A stretch of DNA of 64,000 nt from Rebecca billardiae RCC1528 (taxonomy: Eukaryota; Protista; Haptophyta). The stretch lies in assembly GCA_965240325.2 (NCBI GenBank), contig OZ251252.1, forward strand, positions 372,001-436,000, given 5' to 3'. Below are positions 1 through 11,099 of the stretch, piece after piece (position 1 is the stretch's first letter; the number at the start of each line of letters is the position of its first letter). Position numbers and translations under genes: made by a program. The notes below the pieces were generated by a model, which did not search any database, was not told the DNA's origin, and saw nothing but the letters and a program-made list of their open reading frames with translations.

Positions 1-1655
1 TGGCCCGTGCGACAACATGGCAGCGTCAGCACCAACACCCAGAGCTTGGCCGCGCTGTGTCACCGCAAAGCTCTGACCGAGAGCGACAGTGACGCGGCGA
101 TCCCGCCGCCGCGCCGCCGCCTCAGCCGTCTCACAGCCCGTCTTCGTCGGGCCGCCGAACCGTCCACCGAGCCAGCCACCGGTCTCCACCATCACTGAGC
201 CACCGCCCGCAGCAGTCTACGTCCCGGCCAAGGCGCAGGCATCGGCCCGGCGTTTGAGCCTGCCAGCACGCCGGCCAGCGCTCTGATGCCGCGCGTCCTC
301 GATACTGGTTGCCGAGCTGTCGCGCTGCCGTGCCCGGCAAGACACGTGGATCCGCTGCCGAGCATTCACCAGCCTCCGAACCCGCGCACGCCTCCGACCG
401 GGGCATGCATGCACCGTCGATCTACCCAGCCGGAAGCAGCTCGACAGCCCCGCTGTGTGGCGCGCCTGCCGGTACGTCCGCTGCCTGCTCGAGGGCGAGC
501 GCGCACCGCCTCGCCTGTCGACCACGACAGCACGCCTCGCGTGCACACTCTGACGGCGAGGCCCGGGATCCGGGCGGGCGATGGCACTACCCACGCCTCC
601 GCCAAGTCTCGGCCTGGCCGAGGGGCGCAACACTGGCCGAGCCCTTGGCCCGGCGCGCCGCCGCCATCCTGTGCTGACAAGCCCAAGCCGTGCGCGGCAG
701 GCATGCACGTGAGAGCGGCGATGGGCGGCGTTGCGCGGCGCCAGGAGGGCCAGGGGCATGTCAGACTCGACTCCGCCGCGTCGCGCGCGGCCAAGCGCGC
801 GCTCTGCACCAGGGACGCGCGACGCGAGGCGGGCGCTGCGCACGCACGCGGCCATCCCGACCAGCGTCAAACGGGCGGCGCCAGCGGAGGGAGGTGGTGT
901 CGTCAGACGAGAGCACCTCCCTCCGAACGAGAGCGCCTCCCAGTGGGAGGGACGTGCTCACGAGTACGAGTTCGGCTGTGCGCACTCTGTTCGCGCCGGC
1001 CGGCGGCGCACGGACAGACACACAGATCACGTCGGCTGGCAGCCAGCCGCTCTCTGACCAGGTCAGAAGAGATGGTGGCAGTCAGCTGTACCTGCCCCTC
1101 TTTGCCCGCGCCAGAAACAGCCCCTGCGGCGCTCCCTCGCCCTGCGCGCGCGTCGCGCGCGCACGCGGGGCCGCGGGGCGCCGTTCTGAGCACGCGCGTG
1201 TCTGGCGGTTGCGGAAATCGCAACGCGGCCGTATCCGGCTCGGTGGCCCGGGCGCGCGCGATGGCTTTTGGGGTCATACGCACGCCCCCCGCGCGCGGCG
1301 CCCGCCTGGCCGCCCTCGGCCGTGCCACGCGCGCGCGACCCCGCGAGGGTGCGCGGCCGCCCCGCGCGCGCACGCCACACGCGCGAGCGGGCGGGCGGGC
1401 GAGGGAGTGCAGCTGCTTGGCCGCGGAGGCGCGGAGCAGGGCCACACACGACCGGTGCGTGCAGGCGCGCACCTCGTCGCCGCCTCCTCGCTCGCGCCGC
1501 GGCGCCGCGCCCCCTCCGCCGAGGGGCGTCGGCTGCGGGGCCGCATCCCGGCCGACGCCATCGCGAGGCTCAGATCTCGCGAAGCGTGCACTTGACCCGG
1601 ACTGTCGCGAGCGGCGCCCAGCGGCGAGCGGCCCTTCTCGCGGCGCCCGGTCAGG

Positions 1656-3279
1656 ATGGCCGCGCCCACGGCGTGGCTCTCGCACCTGCGCGCCAACCCG
1701 ATGCGCGCGTGGCTGTGCGCGTCGCTGTGCGCGGTGGCGCTGTACCTCGCGCTCGCGCTCGCGTACATGACGCGCGGCCTCCTCCTCCCGCGCGACGCGC
1801 CGCCCGCCCTCGAGCCCGACGTCCAATTCGTCGGCTCGACGCTGTCGGTTCTCTCGGCGGTCGCGAGCTTCGGCGCGTGCCGCGAGGCGTGCGCGGCGCG
1901 CGCGGGGTGCGTGGGCTGGTCGTACGAGGCGGTGGACACGGCGTGCTGGCTCAAGCGCCCCGGCTTCGCCCGCGTCGTGCACGCCGGCACCATCTCCGCC
2001 GAGGCCGGCGGCGGCGGCGGCGGCGGCGGCGCGGCGCGCGCGCGCGCCACGCAGCAGCAGCTTGCGCAGGCTGTCTGGGCGTTCGACGACGAGGGCGAGC
2101 CGGTCGGCGCGGCGCAGCTGGCCGAGTCGGGCGGCCTCGGCGCCGACGCCGCGCCGGACGAGCAGGGAGGCGCGGGCGCGGACGGCGCCGATTCGCTCGA
2201 CGACATTTTCGACGGCGACGGCGACGGCGGCGCGCCGCCGCTATCGCCCGAGGAGCGCGGCGCGTTTCTGGACGGCGTGTCGCTGTTCGGCGACGTGGAG
2301 GTGCACCAGGACGTCTCCACGCCGCGCGGCTGCGCCGACCTCTGCTGGTACACCTCGCGCTGCGTCGCGTGGGCGCTCCAGCGGTACGCGTACCTGTGCA
2401 CACTCCGACTGGCGCGGCCAACTGCTCTGGAGGACCCGGGGGCCGTTTCGGCCTGGCTCAACGCGACGGAGCTGGCGGCGCGCGCGCGCGAGTGGGGCGA
2501 GCTGAAGCACGCGCGGCTGGTGGGGGACGCCGCTCGGGGCGGCGCGGGCGGCGCGGCGGAGGCGGCGGCGATCGAGGCCGCGCGCGACGCGGGCGCGGAC
2601 GGCGGCGGCGGCGCGGACGGCGGCGGCGGCGCCGAGGGCGGCGGCGGCGGCGGCGGCCTGGACGGCGGCGACGGCGAGCTGGATCCGCTGGCCGGGGACG
2701 GCGGTGGGTGGGGCGTGGATGGTGAGGACGACGACGACGGGCTCGACGGCTTCGACGACGAGGAGGAGCCGTACACAGGCGCGCGCGCCGCCCGCTCGCT
2801 GTCCCCGCCGCGCCGCGCCGCGCCGCGCCGCCCGCTGCCCGCGCCGCGCCGCCCGCGCGCCCGCGGCGGGCGGTGCGCGCTGTTGCGCGCGCCGCCGCTC
2901 GCGCGCGTGACGCTGACCGCGGCCGCGTGTGCCCGTCGGGCTCGCCCCTGCCTTCGCGCCCCGCCCCACGCCGCTCGGCCGGCCGACCGGCCGTTACAAA
3001 AACCGTTACAGGCGCGCCATGGGTGGAGCAGCTCTTGCCCGAGCTGCCGGGAGTCCTGTGGCACACCGGACTCGTGGCCGCCAGCACCGGACTCCCGCCC
3101 GGACCCGAGGCGCCGAGCGGCGGCGTGCGCGTGCAGCCGCGCTTCCTCGAGCGCGACGCGCTGAGCTCGTGCGCGCGGCTGTGCGCCGAGGCGCCCGCGG
3201 AGCCGTGCCCGCCCGCGGAGCCGGCCGCCCAGCCAGCGGCAGCGGGCGCGGCGGCGGCGGGCGCGGCGGCAGCGGGCGC

Positions 3280-3314
<35 letters not shown>

Positions 3315-3802
3315 GTTCGGGCGGGCCGCAGTGTGGCTGCGTGGGCTGGAGCGTGCTGCTGGGCTCGGGCGAGTGCCAGCTGCTGTACGCGCGCGCCGCG
3401 GCGGCGCTGAGGGTGGTGCACAACGACTCGGCCGTCTCGGCGCTCCTCCCGGCCCGACCGCCGCCCAAGTCCGGGGCGGCGACAGCCCGGCCGCCGACCG
3501 CAGCCGCCGCCACGCCCGGGGCTGTGTCGGGTGGCAGCGGTGTGTCCGGGGCGGCGACAGCCCGGCTGCCGACCGCAGCCGCCGCCACGCCCGGGGCTGT
3601 GTCGGGTGGCAGCGGTGTGTCGGGAGCGGCGGCGGCATCCGGCGCAGACGGGGGCGTGCCGATGGCTGCGCCCACGCCCGAGCCCCGTGCCGGTACGGCT
3701 GCGCCGACCGCGCAGCCGACGTCCGGCCTGCCGTCGGGGGCGCAGCAGGTGCCCGGGTCTGATGGCAGCCGCGCCGCGACGCCCGCGACTCGCCGACGAT
3801 AG
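1656..3802 (+). CDS. Type II membrane protein with three PAN/Apple-like Cys modules; 2 exons (1656-2778, 3012-3802)
   Basis: N-terminal hydrophobic anchor (AWLCASLCAVALYLALALAYM). PAN-type patterns CREAC..CVGWSY..CWLK, CADLC..CVAW..YLCTL, CARLC..CVGWS..CQL. A phase-1 GC-AG intron 2779-3011 joins ORF 1656 to ORF 2873 in frame (YT-G-APWVEQ). Confidence 0.7.
3471..3620 (+). repeat. 75-bp in-frame tandem duplication in the PAN gene
   Basis: ccggggcggcgacagcccgg...ggtgtgt at 3471 and 3546, encoding SGAATARxPTAAAATPGAVSGGSGV twice. Confidence 0.9.
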
Positions 3803-4161
3803 CGTCACGCTGAGCACGACGCACGCGGCGCGAGCACTGCTCTGGCTCAGCGCGGCGCACCGTGATAGCCGCCTGGCGCCGTGAACGCGCGCTTCTGCTC
3901 AGTGGCGGCGTCTCAGCACGGCACCTCGTCACAAAGGCTTCGTTCGTCGTTAATTGATGTGACAGCTAGTACTCAGTATTACAGCAGTAGCGTCCGTCGC
4001 GGGGCCTGGCCCGCGCCTCGGGCCCCCCGGGCCACCACCGGGTCCGGCCGGGTAGCAGCAGCAGGCTGCTAGCATTACGTTAGCACGGCGCGGTCAGTAG
4101 TTAGTAGTGACTTCTAGTGTCAGGCCACTGCCTGCGCTACTCACAACCACCTCGGCAGCTT

Positions 4162-5533
4162 TTATACTCCGGCCCGCGGCCGGCCGGCGTGCGCGGCTGC
4201 TGATGGCGGCGGCGGCGGCAAGTGATGGCCGGCATGGCCATGCGCCGACGATGCATCTGCCGCCATTGGCATCGTCGCCGCCGGCACGGCGGCGGCAACG
4301 GCGGCGGCAGGCGCAAGAGCGGCAGCCTGCCACTGCGCTGGTGCCGCCGGTGCCGCCGCCGCCGTGAGCAGCTCGTGCGCATCGCCGGTGGCAGCTGCGC
4401 CGACGCTGCCACGCGCATCACGGCCTGCCGCCGCCGGCGGTGCGCGCGCGGCTTGGCGCCAGCCCTCCCGCGCGCCGGGCCCGGCCGCCGCCTCGGCTGC
4501 CGATCCGTCGGCACGAAAGTGCATGAGGCTCATGTCCACCCGGACCGGAAAGTGGTCGCCAGGGAAGCGGCGCGCGTCGGCGGCGCGGCCGGCTGACGCG
4601 CCGCCTGCGGCCGCGCCGAGCGCCGCGCCCCGCGCCTCCCGCTCGACGGGCGGCGCCACGGCCTCGCCCTGGTGCACGAGCGCGCTCCGCCATTCCTGCA
4701 GCGTGCTCGCGTGAGAGCGTTCCGCGCCGCCGACCGCCCCGGCGGGCGGGCGCCATCGCTCTGGGATCACGAGCTCAGCGCTGTGCACACGCACGTCGCA
4801 CGCGGCGGCGTCCGCGTCCGCGCCGGCCGCGCCGCGCTTCGCGCCGCGCCCGCCGTCGCGCCCACCTTGGCGCGAGACGAGCACCCAGTCGATCAGCCGG
4901 CCGGGTGGGTTGAGCCACGCGCTCACCCAGCCGTGGTAGGAGCCGCAAGGCCAGCCGTGCCGGCCGTCGCCGCCCGCGAGCGCGCCGCCGCGCCGCGCGA
5001 TCTCCCAGCACGAGTCGAAGTGGGCGCACACGCCGCGCAGCTCGGAGCGCTCGCGCCGCGCGGCGGCCGCGCCACTCACCGCCGCGCCCTGCCCGTCGGC
5101 GCGCGCCGAGAAGACGGCGTGGTGATCGGTGTTGAAGTCCCCAAGAAGAATGACGGTGGGCGGCGGCGGCGCGCGCCCGCGGCACGTGGCGCGCACCCAC
5201 CGGCTGAGCCGCACGAGCTGGTTGCGCCGCACCGCCGCGCTGCGCTCGTCGCCCGCGGGCAGCAGGTGCACGCCCGCGACCACGATCTCGCGCGATCTCC
5301 CGGCCCGAGATCGCGCCGAGATCTCGCGCAGGCGCGCGACCGACAGGCCGTACTGCACCGGACTCCCGGGCGGCGTGGGCGCGACCCCGCCGCCGTTCCG
5401 GTCGGCCTGCGCCTCATCCGTCGCCCCCGCGCCGCGCCGCTCCCCCGGACTACCCTCCGGACTGTCCTCCTGGCTGTCGTACTCCTCACCGCCCGCCCAC
5501 AGGTCCACGACCCCGGCCGCCGAGCCGCCGCCG

Positions 5534-5611
<78 letters not shown>

Positions 5612-5973
5612 GCGAGCTCGAGTCCGCGCGAGAAGAAGATGGGGCGGTCGTCGGCGTAGCGGTACGGCCGCTCGACGAGCGTGAGCTCGGGCTGCAGCAG
5701 GCCCGCCAGCACCGGCAGGTAGAAGCAGCGGCACTCCTGCAGGCAGACGACAGCGTGCCCGCCCGCGCGCGTCGCGCTCTGGACCACCTCGCGGATGAGG
5801 GCGGCCATGCTGATCAGCCGGCGCTGGAAGGTGGCAGGCGTGTCCTTGGGCGACTTCTCGTTGTGGCCCACGTTCCACGTGAGGCATGTGAGGCGCAGCC
5901 CGCCGTCGTCGCCCATCGTGTGCGCGACTTCCTCGTGTGGTGAGAGACGATATGTGGCGACGGCGGCAGCCAT
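4162..5973 (-). CDS. Endonuclease/exonuclease/phosphatase (EEP) family protein
   Basis: Ordered EEP motifs LTWNV, CLQEC, GVHL, LLGDFN, IDWVLV, GDHFPV; poly-Gly insert. The 3' end is uncertain. Confidence 0.88.
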
Positions 5974-6168
5974 GCTGAGTTGCGTACTGACTACTACTAC
6001 TCTACTTCAGAATTTCGGTCGCTGGAGTCCGGTGATCCGGTGTCCGGATGGCCGTCACAACGGTCATCCGCAACCAAAAGAAATAGAGGGGATCGATGAT
6101 CCGCAACCACGCCTTTGGCCACCGCGGAGGCACCGCGCCGCCCGCCACGCGTGGAGCGCACTCGCGTG

Positions 6169-7350
6169 ATGGAGGACAGCGCTGAGGTGAAGCTCCTTCG
6201 GCGCGCATCTGCGCGGGGCGATACGCGCGCCGCGCTCCGTCTAGCCGAGCGCCTCACGCTCGGGGACGGTGTCGCCAAGAATGAGCGCGAGGCGGCCAGC
6301 CTGTACCACGTTGCCGCCGAGCGCGGGGTGGCGGATGCTCAAGTCAAGGTTGGCGACATGTATCGAGATGGGGCGATGTCTCTGGCCCGAGATCCCGGCA
6401 AGGCAGTGCACTGGTACCGTCTGGCCGCCAGGCAGGGCCACGCAGCAGCGCAGTGCTCTCTGGGCTTGCGCTTCGCGCAAGGCGAGGGTGTGCCGCAAGA
6501 TCTGGCCGAGGCGGCGCGCTGGTACCGGCTGGCGGCCGAGCAGGGCTACGCAGCCGCGCAGCGCAACCTGGGCTTGTGCTGCCAGAAGGGCAAGGGCGTG
6601 CCGCAGGAACTGGCCGAGGCGGCGCGCTGGTACCGGCTAGCGGCCGAGCAGGGCTACGCAGCCGCGCAGAACAACCTGGGCTTGTGCTGCGAGAAGGGCG
6701 AGGGCGTGCCGCAGGATCTGGCCGAGGCGGCGCGCTGGTGCCGGCTGGCGGCCGAGCAGGGCTACGCAGCCGCGCAGTTCAACCTGGGCGTGTGCTGCGA
6801 GAAGGGCGAGGGCGTGCCGCAGGATATGGCTGAGGCGGTACGCTGGTACCGGCTGGCGGCCGAGCAGGGCTTTGCAAACGCGCAGTTCAACCTAGGCGTG
6901 TGCTGCGAGGAAGGCGAGGGCGTGCCGCAGGATACGGCAGAGGCGGCGCGCTGGTACCGGCTGGCGGTGGACGCTGGGCACGCGCCGGCCAATTTCTTGC
7001 TTGGGCGGCTGCTGGTGGCGGGCAAAGGAGTGCAGCGCGATGTGAAGGAGGGCGCAGCATTGCTGCGCCGTGCGTACGAGCTCAACAGCTCGTTTGAGCC
7101 AAGTAAGGCGCTCCTCGCATTGGCTGGGGAGCGCGAGGTGGTGTCGAAGTGCTGTATCATGTGTGCACAGACGGGTCGTGGTCTGAAGAGGTGCGACCGG
7201 TGTTACGTGGCTGTCTTCTGCTCGCACGACCACCTGCGGTGCGCGTGGAAGGCGCACAAGCCGCACTGTCGCACGTGGCACGCTGCCCCAACTACCATCA
7301 AGTCCTCGACTACCGCGGACGTCGTCGCGGACGTCGTCTCATCAGCATAA
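6169..7350 (+). CDS. Sel1-like repeat protein with C-terminal MYND zinc finger
   Basis: Repeats AQxNLGxxxxxGEGVPQDxAEAARWYRLAAEQG; C-terminal CIMC..RCDRCYVAVFCSHDH..WKAHKPHC. ATG at 6169 (the track start at 6115 is not ATG). Confidence 0.93.
   Translation: MEDSAEVKLLRRASARGDTRAALRLAERLTLGDGVAKNEREAASLYHVAAERGVADAQVKVGDMYRDGAMSLARDPGKAVHWYRLAARQGHAAAQCSLGLRFAQGEGVPQDLAEAARWYRLAAEQGYAAAQRNLGLCCQKGKGVPQELAEAARWYRLAAEQGYAAAQNNLGLCCEKGEGVPQDLAEAARWCRLAAEQGYAAAQFNLGVCCEKGEGVPQDMAEAVRWYRLAAEQGFANAQFNLGVCCEEGEGVPQDTAEAARWYRLAVDAGHAPANFLLGRLLVAGKGVQRDVKEGAALLRRAYELNSSFEPSKALLALAGEREVVSKCCIMCAQTGRGLKRCDRCYVAVFCSHDHLRCAWKAHKPHCRTWHAAPTTIKSSTTADVVADVVSSA
6481..6970 (+). repeat. 108-bp near-identical tandem repeats encoding Sel1 units
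   Basis: ggc(g/a)agggcgtgccgcagg anchor recurs at 6481, 6589, 6697, 6805, 6913. Confidence 0.92.
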
Positions 7351-7874
7351 TTATTCATCACTACCGGGATTCGCGTGGCGCGTCGCAGGCGCTTGCGATA
7401 TATGCCGCCGCATCATCATCAGCGCACACGATGACTCACACTATACTACGAGAGTACGAGTCACCGCGACTGTCAGTGACAGTGTCACGGATGGGCGCGC
7501 AGTATATATATCATCATCAGTGATTACAGCGCGCACGCGTCTACGCCGCGGCGCGGCATGCCCGATGTGATGATCGCCAGTGTCACGTACACTGTCAGTG
7601 TCAGCATCACGCGGCTGATGACGTGATGACATGTGTGACGCCGCGCCGCCCACGCGGTTGCGAGTGCGCGACGATGCGCGCGGGGCGGACGGTGAGTACT
7701 GAGTCTGAGTGCGAGCTCACTCTGCTCAGACTGCTGCCATCGGCATGCCACACGGCGGTTGACCGTGAGCCAACGGGCAGCGGCCCCTTCCCACGCGCCC
7801 GCAGCCCCTCCGCCCGCGCGCCGTCGGCGCGCGCGCGCGCTCGCTCAGTGGGGCCCACGCGGCGACGTCGGCGC

Positions 7875-8794
7875 TCAGAACGCCGCGCGGCCGCGCGGCC
7901 GCACCGGGCTGAGCGGCAGCACGCCCCCGCCGCCATACGCAGCGGTCTGCTCGTCGCCGGCGGCGAACCCGGTGAAGGCTGCTTTGACGACGGCGGCGGG
8001 CGAGGCGGAGGCGGCGAGCCCGCTGGGGCGGGTTGGGGTGGCGCCGCCCGCCGCGCCCGCGCCGCCGCCGAGCGGGCCGCCGCCGCCGCCCTGCCCCAGC
8101 ACCACCGAGCCTCGGCGCGAGCCCGGCACCGATCGCTCGCCGAGCGCCGCCCCCGCATCAAGCGACGCGCGTCGGGAGCTGGAAGACCGCCGCCCGCTGC
8201 CGCCGGTCGGGAGCCCCGCCGCGACGGCGGCGGCCTCGCGCTGGCGGAACGCGCGCGCGGCGCGCTCCGCCGGGTCCGCCAGCTGGAACGGCTCGTCGAC
8301 GATCTTCTCGCAGCGCAGCGTCACCCAGTTCCGGTCGGCGACCGGCGCGTCGGCCGCGCGCGCAAAGAACTGCCGCTGCCGTTCATAATATTCCGCCGCC
8401 GTCGCTTCGGTGACGAACAGCAGCTTGTGCAGGCAGCACGGGCAGAAGCGGAGGGGCACGTGACCGGGGCGCTGGTGCCTCGAGACCTTGCGCGCGGCGT
8501 GCACCGCGGTGGCGGAGCGCTGCAGCGCGGCGAGCGGCGCAGGCGGTGCCGTCTGCGCACCCGACGGCGCGCGCCCGCCGAGCTTGCTGCCGGGGCGGTC
8601 TGCAGTCCTGGGGCCGTATCCGGATTCGTTCGCCCGGACCACCGGGCGCAGCGAGGGCTGCGGCGGCGTGTCGGGCGGCGCGCCGCCGCCGCCGCCGCCG
8701 CCGCCCGGCCGGAGCTGCGGCAGCGGGCCGCCGAGCGCGCCGCCGGGCGCGGTGAGCGGGCGGAAGACAGGCGACAGTCCGGCTGCGTCTGCGC

Positions 8795-8828
<34 letters not shown>

Positions 8829-10796
8829 GCCGCCGCCGCCGTTGGCAATGGGGGCGAGGGAGCCGGCGCCGGCGGGCCGGCGCTTGGCGGCCTGGCTCGA
8901 GCCGAGCGACTTGCGCACGGCGGGCGCGGGCGCGTCGTCCGGCCCGTCCACCTCGACGCCCGGCACCGCCGCCACCACCGCCGCCGCGCCCGCCGCGCCC
9001 GGCTTGGCCAGCGGCATGCGCGCGCTCCCGAACAGCCGCTTGGCAACGGAAGGCGGGTTGTTGGCACAGACGTACAGCACGCATGGCTGGATGTCGAGCG
9101 CGCGCATCACGGACTGGAGCACGTTGAGCGCGAGCGTGTGCACGAAGGCGAGCCGCTCGGACGGCTCCGCGTCCTCGCGCAGCCCGTCGTACAGCGGCAC
9201 GCCGATCGCCGCACGCCCGTACATCGCTTTGGGCTCGGAGCAGAAAGGAAGCGATTTGGCCGAGCGGTCGACGAGCGTGCCCGCTGTGAGGCCAAACACC
9301 GTGAAGGGCTCGGAGGGGAGCGAGGCGTCGGTGATGTCCCACGGCGCGTGCGCGACCTCGGAGAGGTCGGGCGCGGGCGGCGAAGACGCCCCGCCCTTCC
9401 CGCCGGGCGAGAGCGGCGCCTTCCCACCAGGCGACAGGGGCAACGGCAGCGCCGCGCCGCCGGGCGACGGCGGCGGCAGCAGCCGACCGCCGCCGCCGTC
9501 GTCGTCGCGGCCGCCGCCGAGCCCGAGGCGGCCGGAGGCGGCGGAGGAGCCGAAGCCCTTGCGCCCGGCGCGCGACGGCGTGAGCGGCAGCACCAGCATC
9601 GCGCCGTCCACCACGCCGCCGCCCGCCGCGCCGCCCGCCGCGCCGCCCGCCGCGCCAACGCCGCCACCACCGCCGCCACCGCCGCCGGCGCCGCCGCCGC
9701 TCCCGCCGCCGCCTGCGCTGCCCTCTGCGGCGGCGGCCGCGGCCATGCGCGCGCCGAGCAGCGAGGAGACGGCGATGGGCGTCTCGGCGAGCGCGCGCAC
9801 GAGGTCGCGCCCGTCGGTCGCGCGCCCCTTCCGCTTCACGCCCAGCCGCCTCGCCGGCGCCGACGCCAGCCGCAGCACGGGCAAGCACAGCGTCGCACCG
9901 ATCAGCGTCTCCGCGAGCTCAAGCGCCGCGCCGAGCGCCGGCTCTGTCTCGGGGTCAAAGTCGAGGGGCTGGACGAGGACGACGTCGTGCGGGCCCGGGT
10001 GGCCGTGGCCCGTGCGCACGCACTCGCGCGCGTACTCGACGAACACCTGCTGCGTCTTCGCCTCCGCCGGCTGCGTCACGTGCGACTCTCGGAAGAAGAG
10101 CGGCGCCGGGTCGAGCGCGCGCGCGAGGTCGCCGACAAATTCTTCGTTGGCGCGCGCGCGCGGCGGGTACATGTAGAGGGCGTCGTGGGCGAGGCGCGGG
10201 CCGGCGGTGCGGCCGGTGCGCGAGGTGATCTCGATCCCGATCGCGCGGCCGAACATCTCCTGCCGCGCCTTCGCCGCCGCCGGGTCCGACGCCGCGGCGA
10301 GCTCGGCGTAGTGGGCCTCCTGCCGTGCGCCGTATTCCAACTGCCGCTGGATCGACGGGTTGAAGGCCTGGTTCATGGTGCGCGCGTGCACCGACTCGAC
10401 CTTGAGCTGCGTGGCGGTCCACCGGTCCTTCGTCTTGTCCACCGACTGCAGCAGCTGGTCCACGCGCGTCATCATGTGCTGCGACTGCTCGCGCGACGCG
10501 TCGACCGCCTCGTTCAGCGTGAGCCGCTGCGGGTCGTCGCCGCGCGGCTTGTCGCCGCGCGCGATCGCGCGGAGCTCGTCGACGGTGTAGTTGCCCAGGT
10601 TCTGCTCCTCGATCCCCATGTTGTTGCGCAGGTGCTGCAGCGCCTTCTCGCGGGAGCTGATGGGCATGCGGCTGCCGGCGGCGCGGCCGGCGGCGCCAGC
10701 CGCGCGCGCGCCGTCGGCGCCGCCGGCCTTGGTGACGGCGCGGAAGCCCGCGGCGCCGCCGTGGCGGGCCGGCGAGCTGGGCCCCGCGGGATGCAT
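7875..10796 (-). CDS. Archaemetzincin (AMZ)-like protein lacking the zinc-binding motif
   Basis: 973-aa ORF with AMZ-like blocks in order (VLVQPL, TVFGLT, CVLYVCANN, PLRFCPCCLHKL, EYYERQRQFF) separated by low-complexity inserts. HExxHxxGxxH is replaced by QSVMRALDIQP. Confidence 0.6.
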
Positions 10797-11099
10797 CGGC
10801 GCCGCGCCCCTTCGCGCGCTCCGCGCGCGCCGCGGACGGCCGGTGGCTTCGGGGGGCGGGGCGTGTGCCCGCGCGCGTGCACAAGGCCCTGCTGGCGAGG
10901 TGCTCGTGTGCGCTGCTTCTGGGCGCCGCCCGGACCAGCGAGGCTGTAGTAACCACCACCAGCGGCAATTGGGCGGCGCTGCTCGCGGTCTTGTGATTGG
11001 CTGATTCTCATCCGGTAGAGTGGTCGCTGAACTGACGAGCGACGTGAGTAAAAAAACCGACTATCGCAGTATGGGGGTACAGTAGCTCGGAATTGATAC

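Noticed and set aside
1-1600. ORFs 286-1770, 690-1595 and others at the left edge
   Set aside because: No recognisable domain or consistent frame; may be a truncated gene or element remnant but this cannot be supported.
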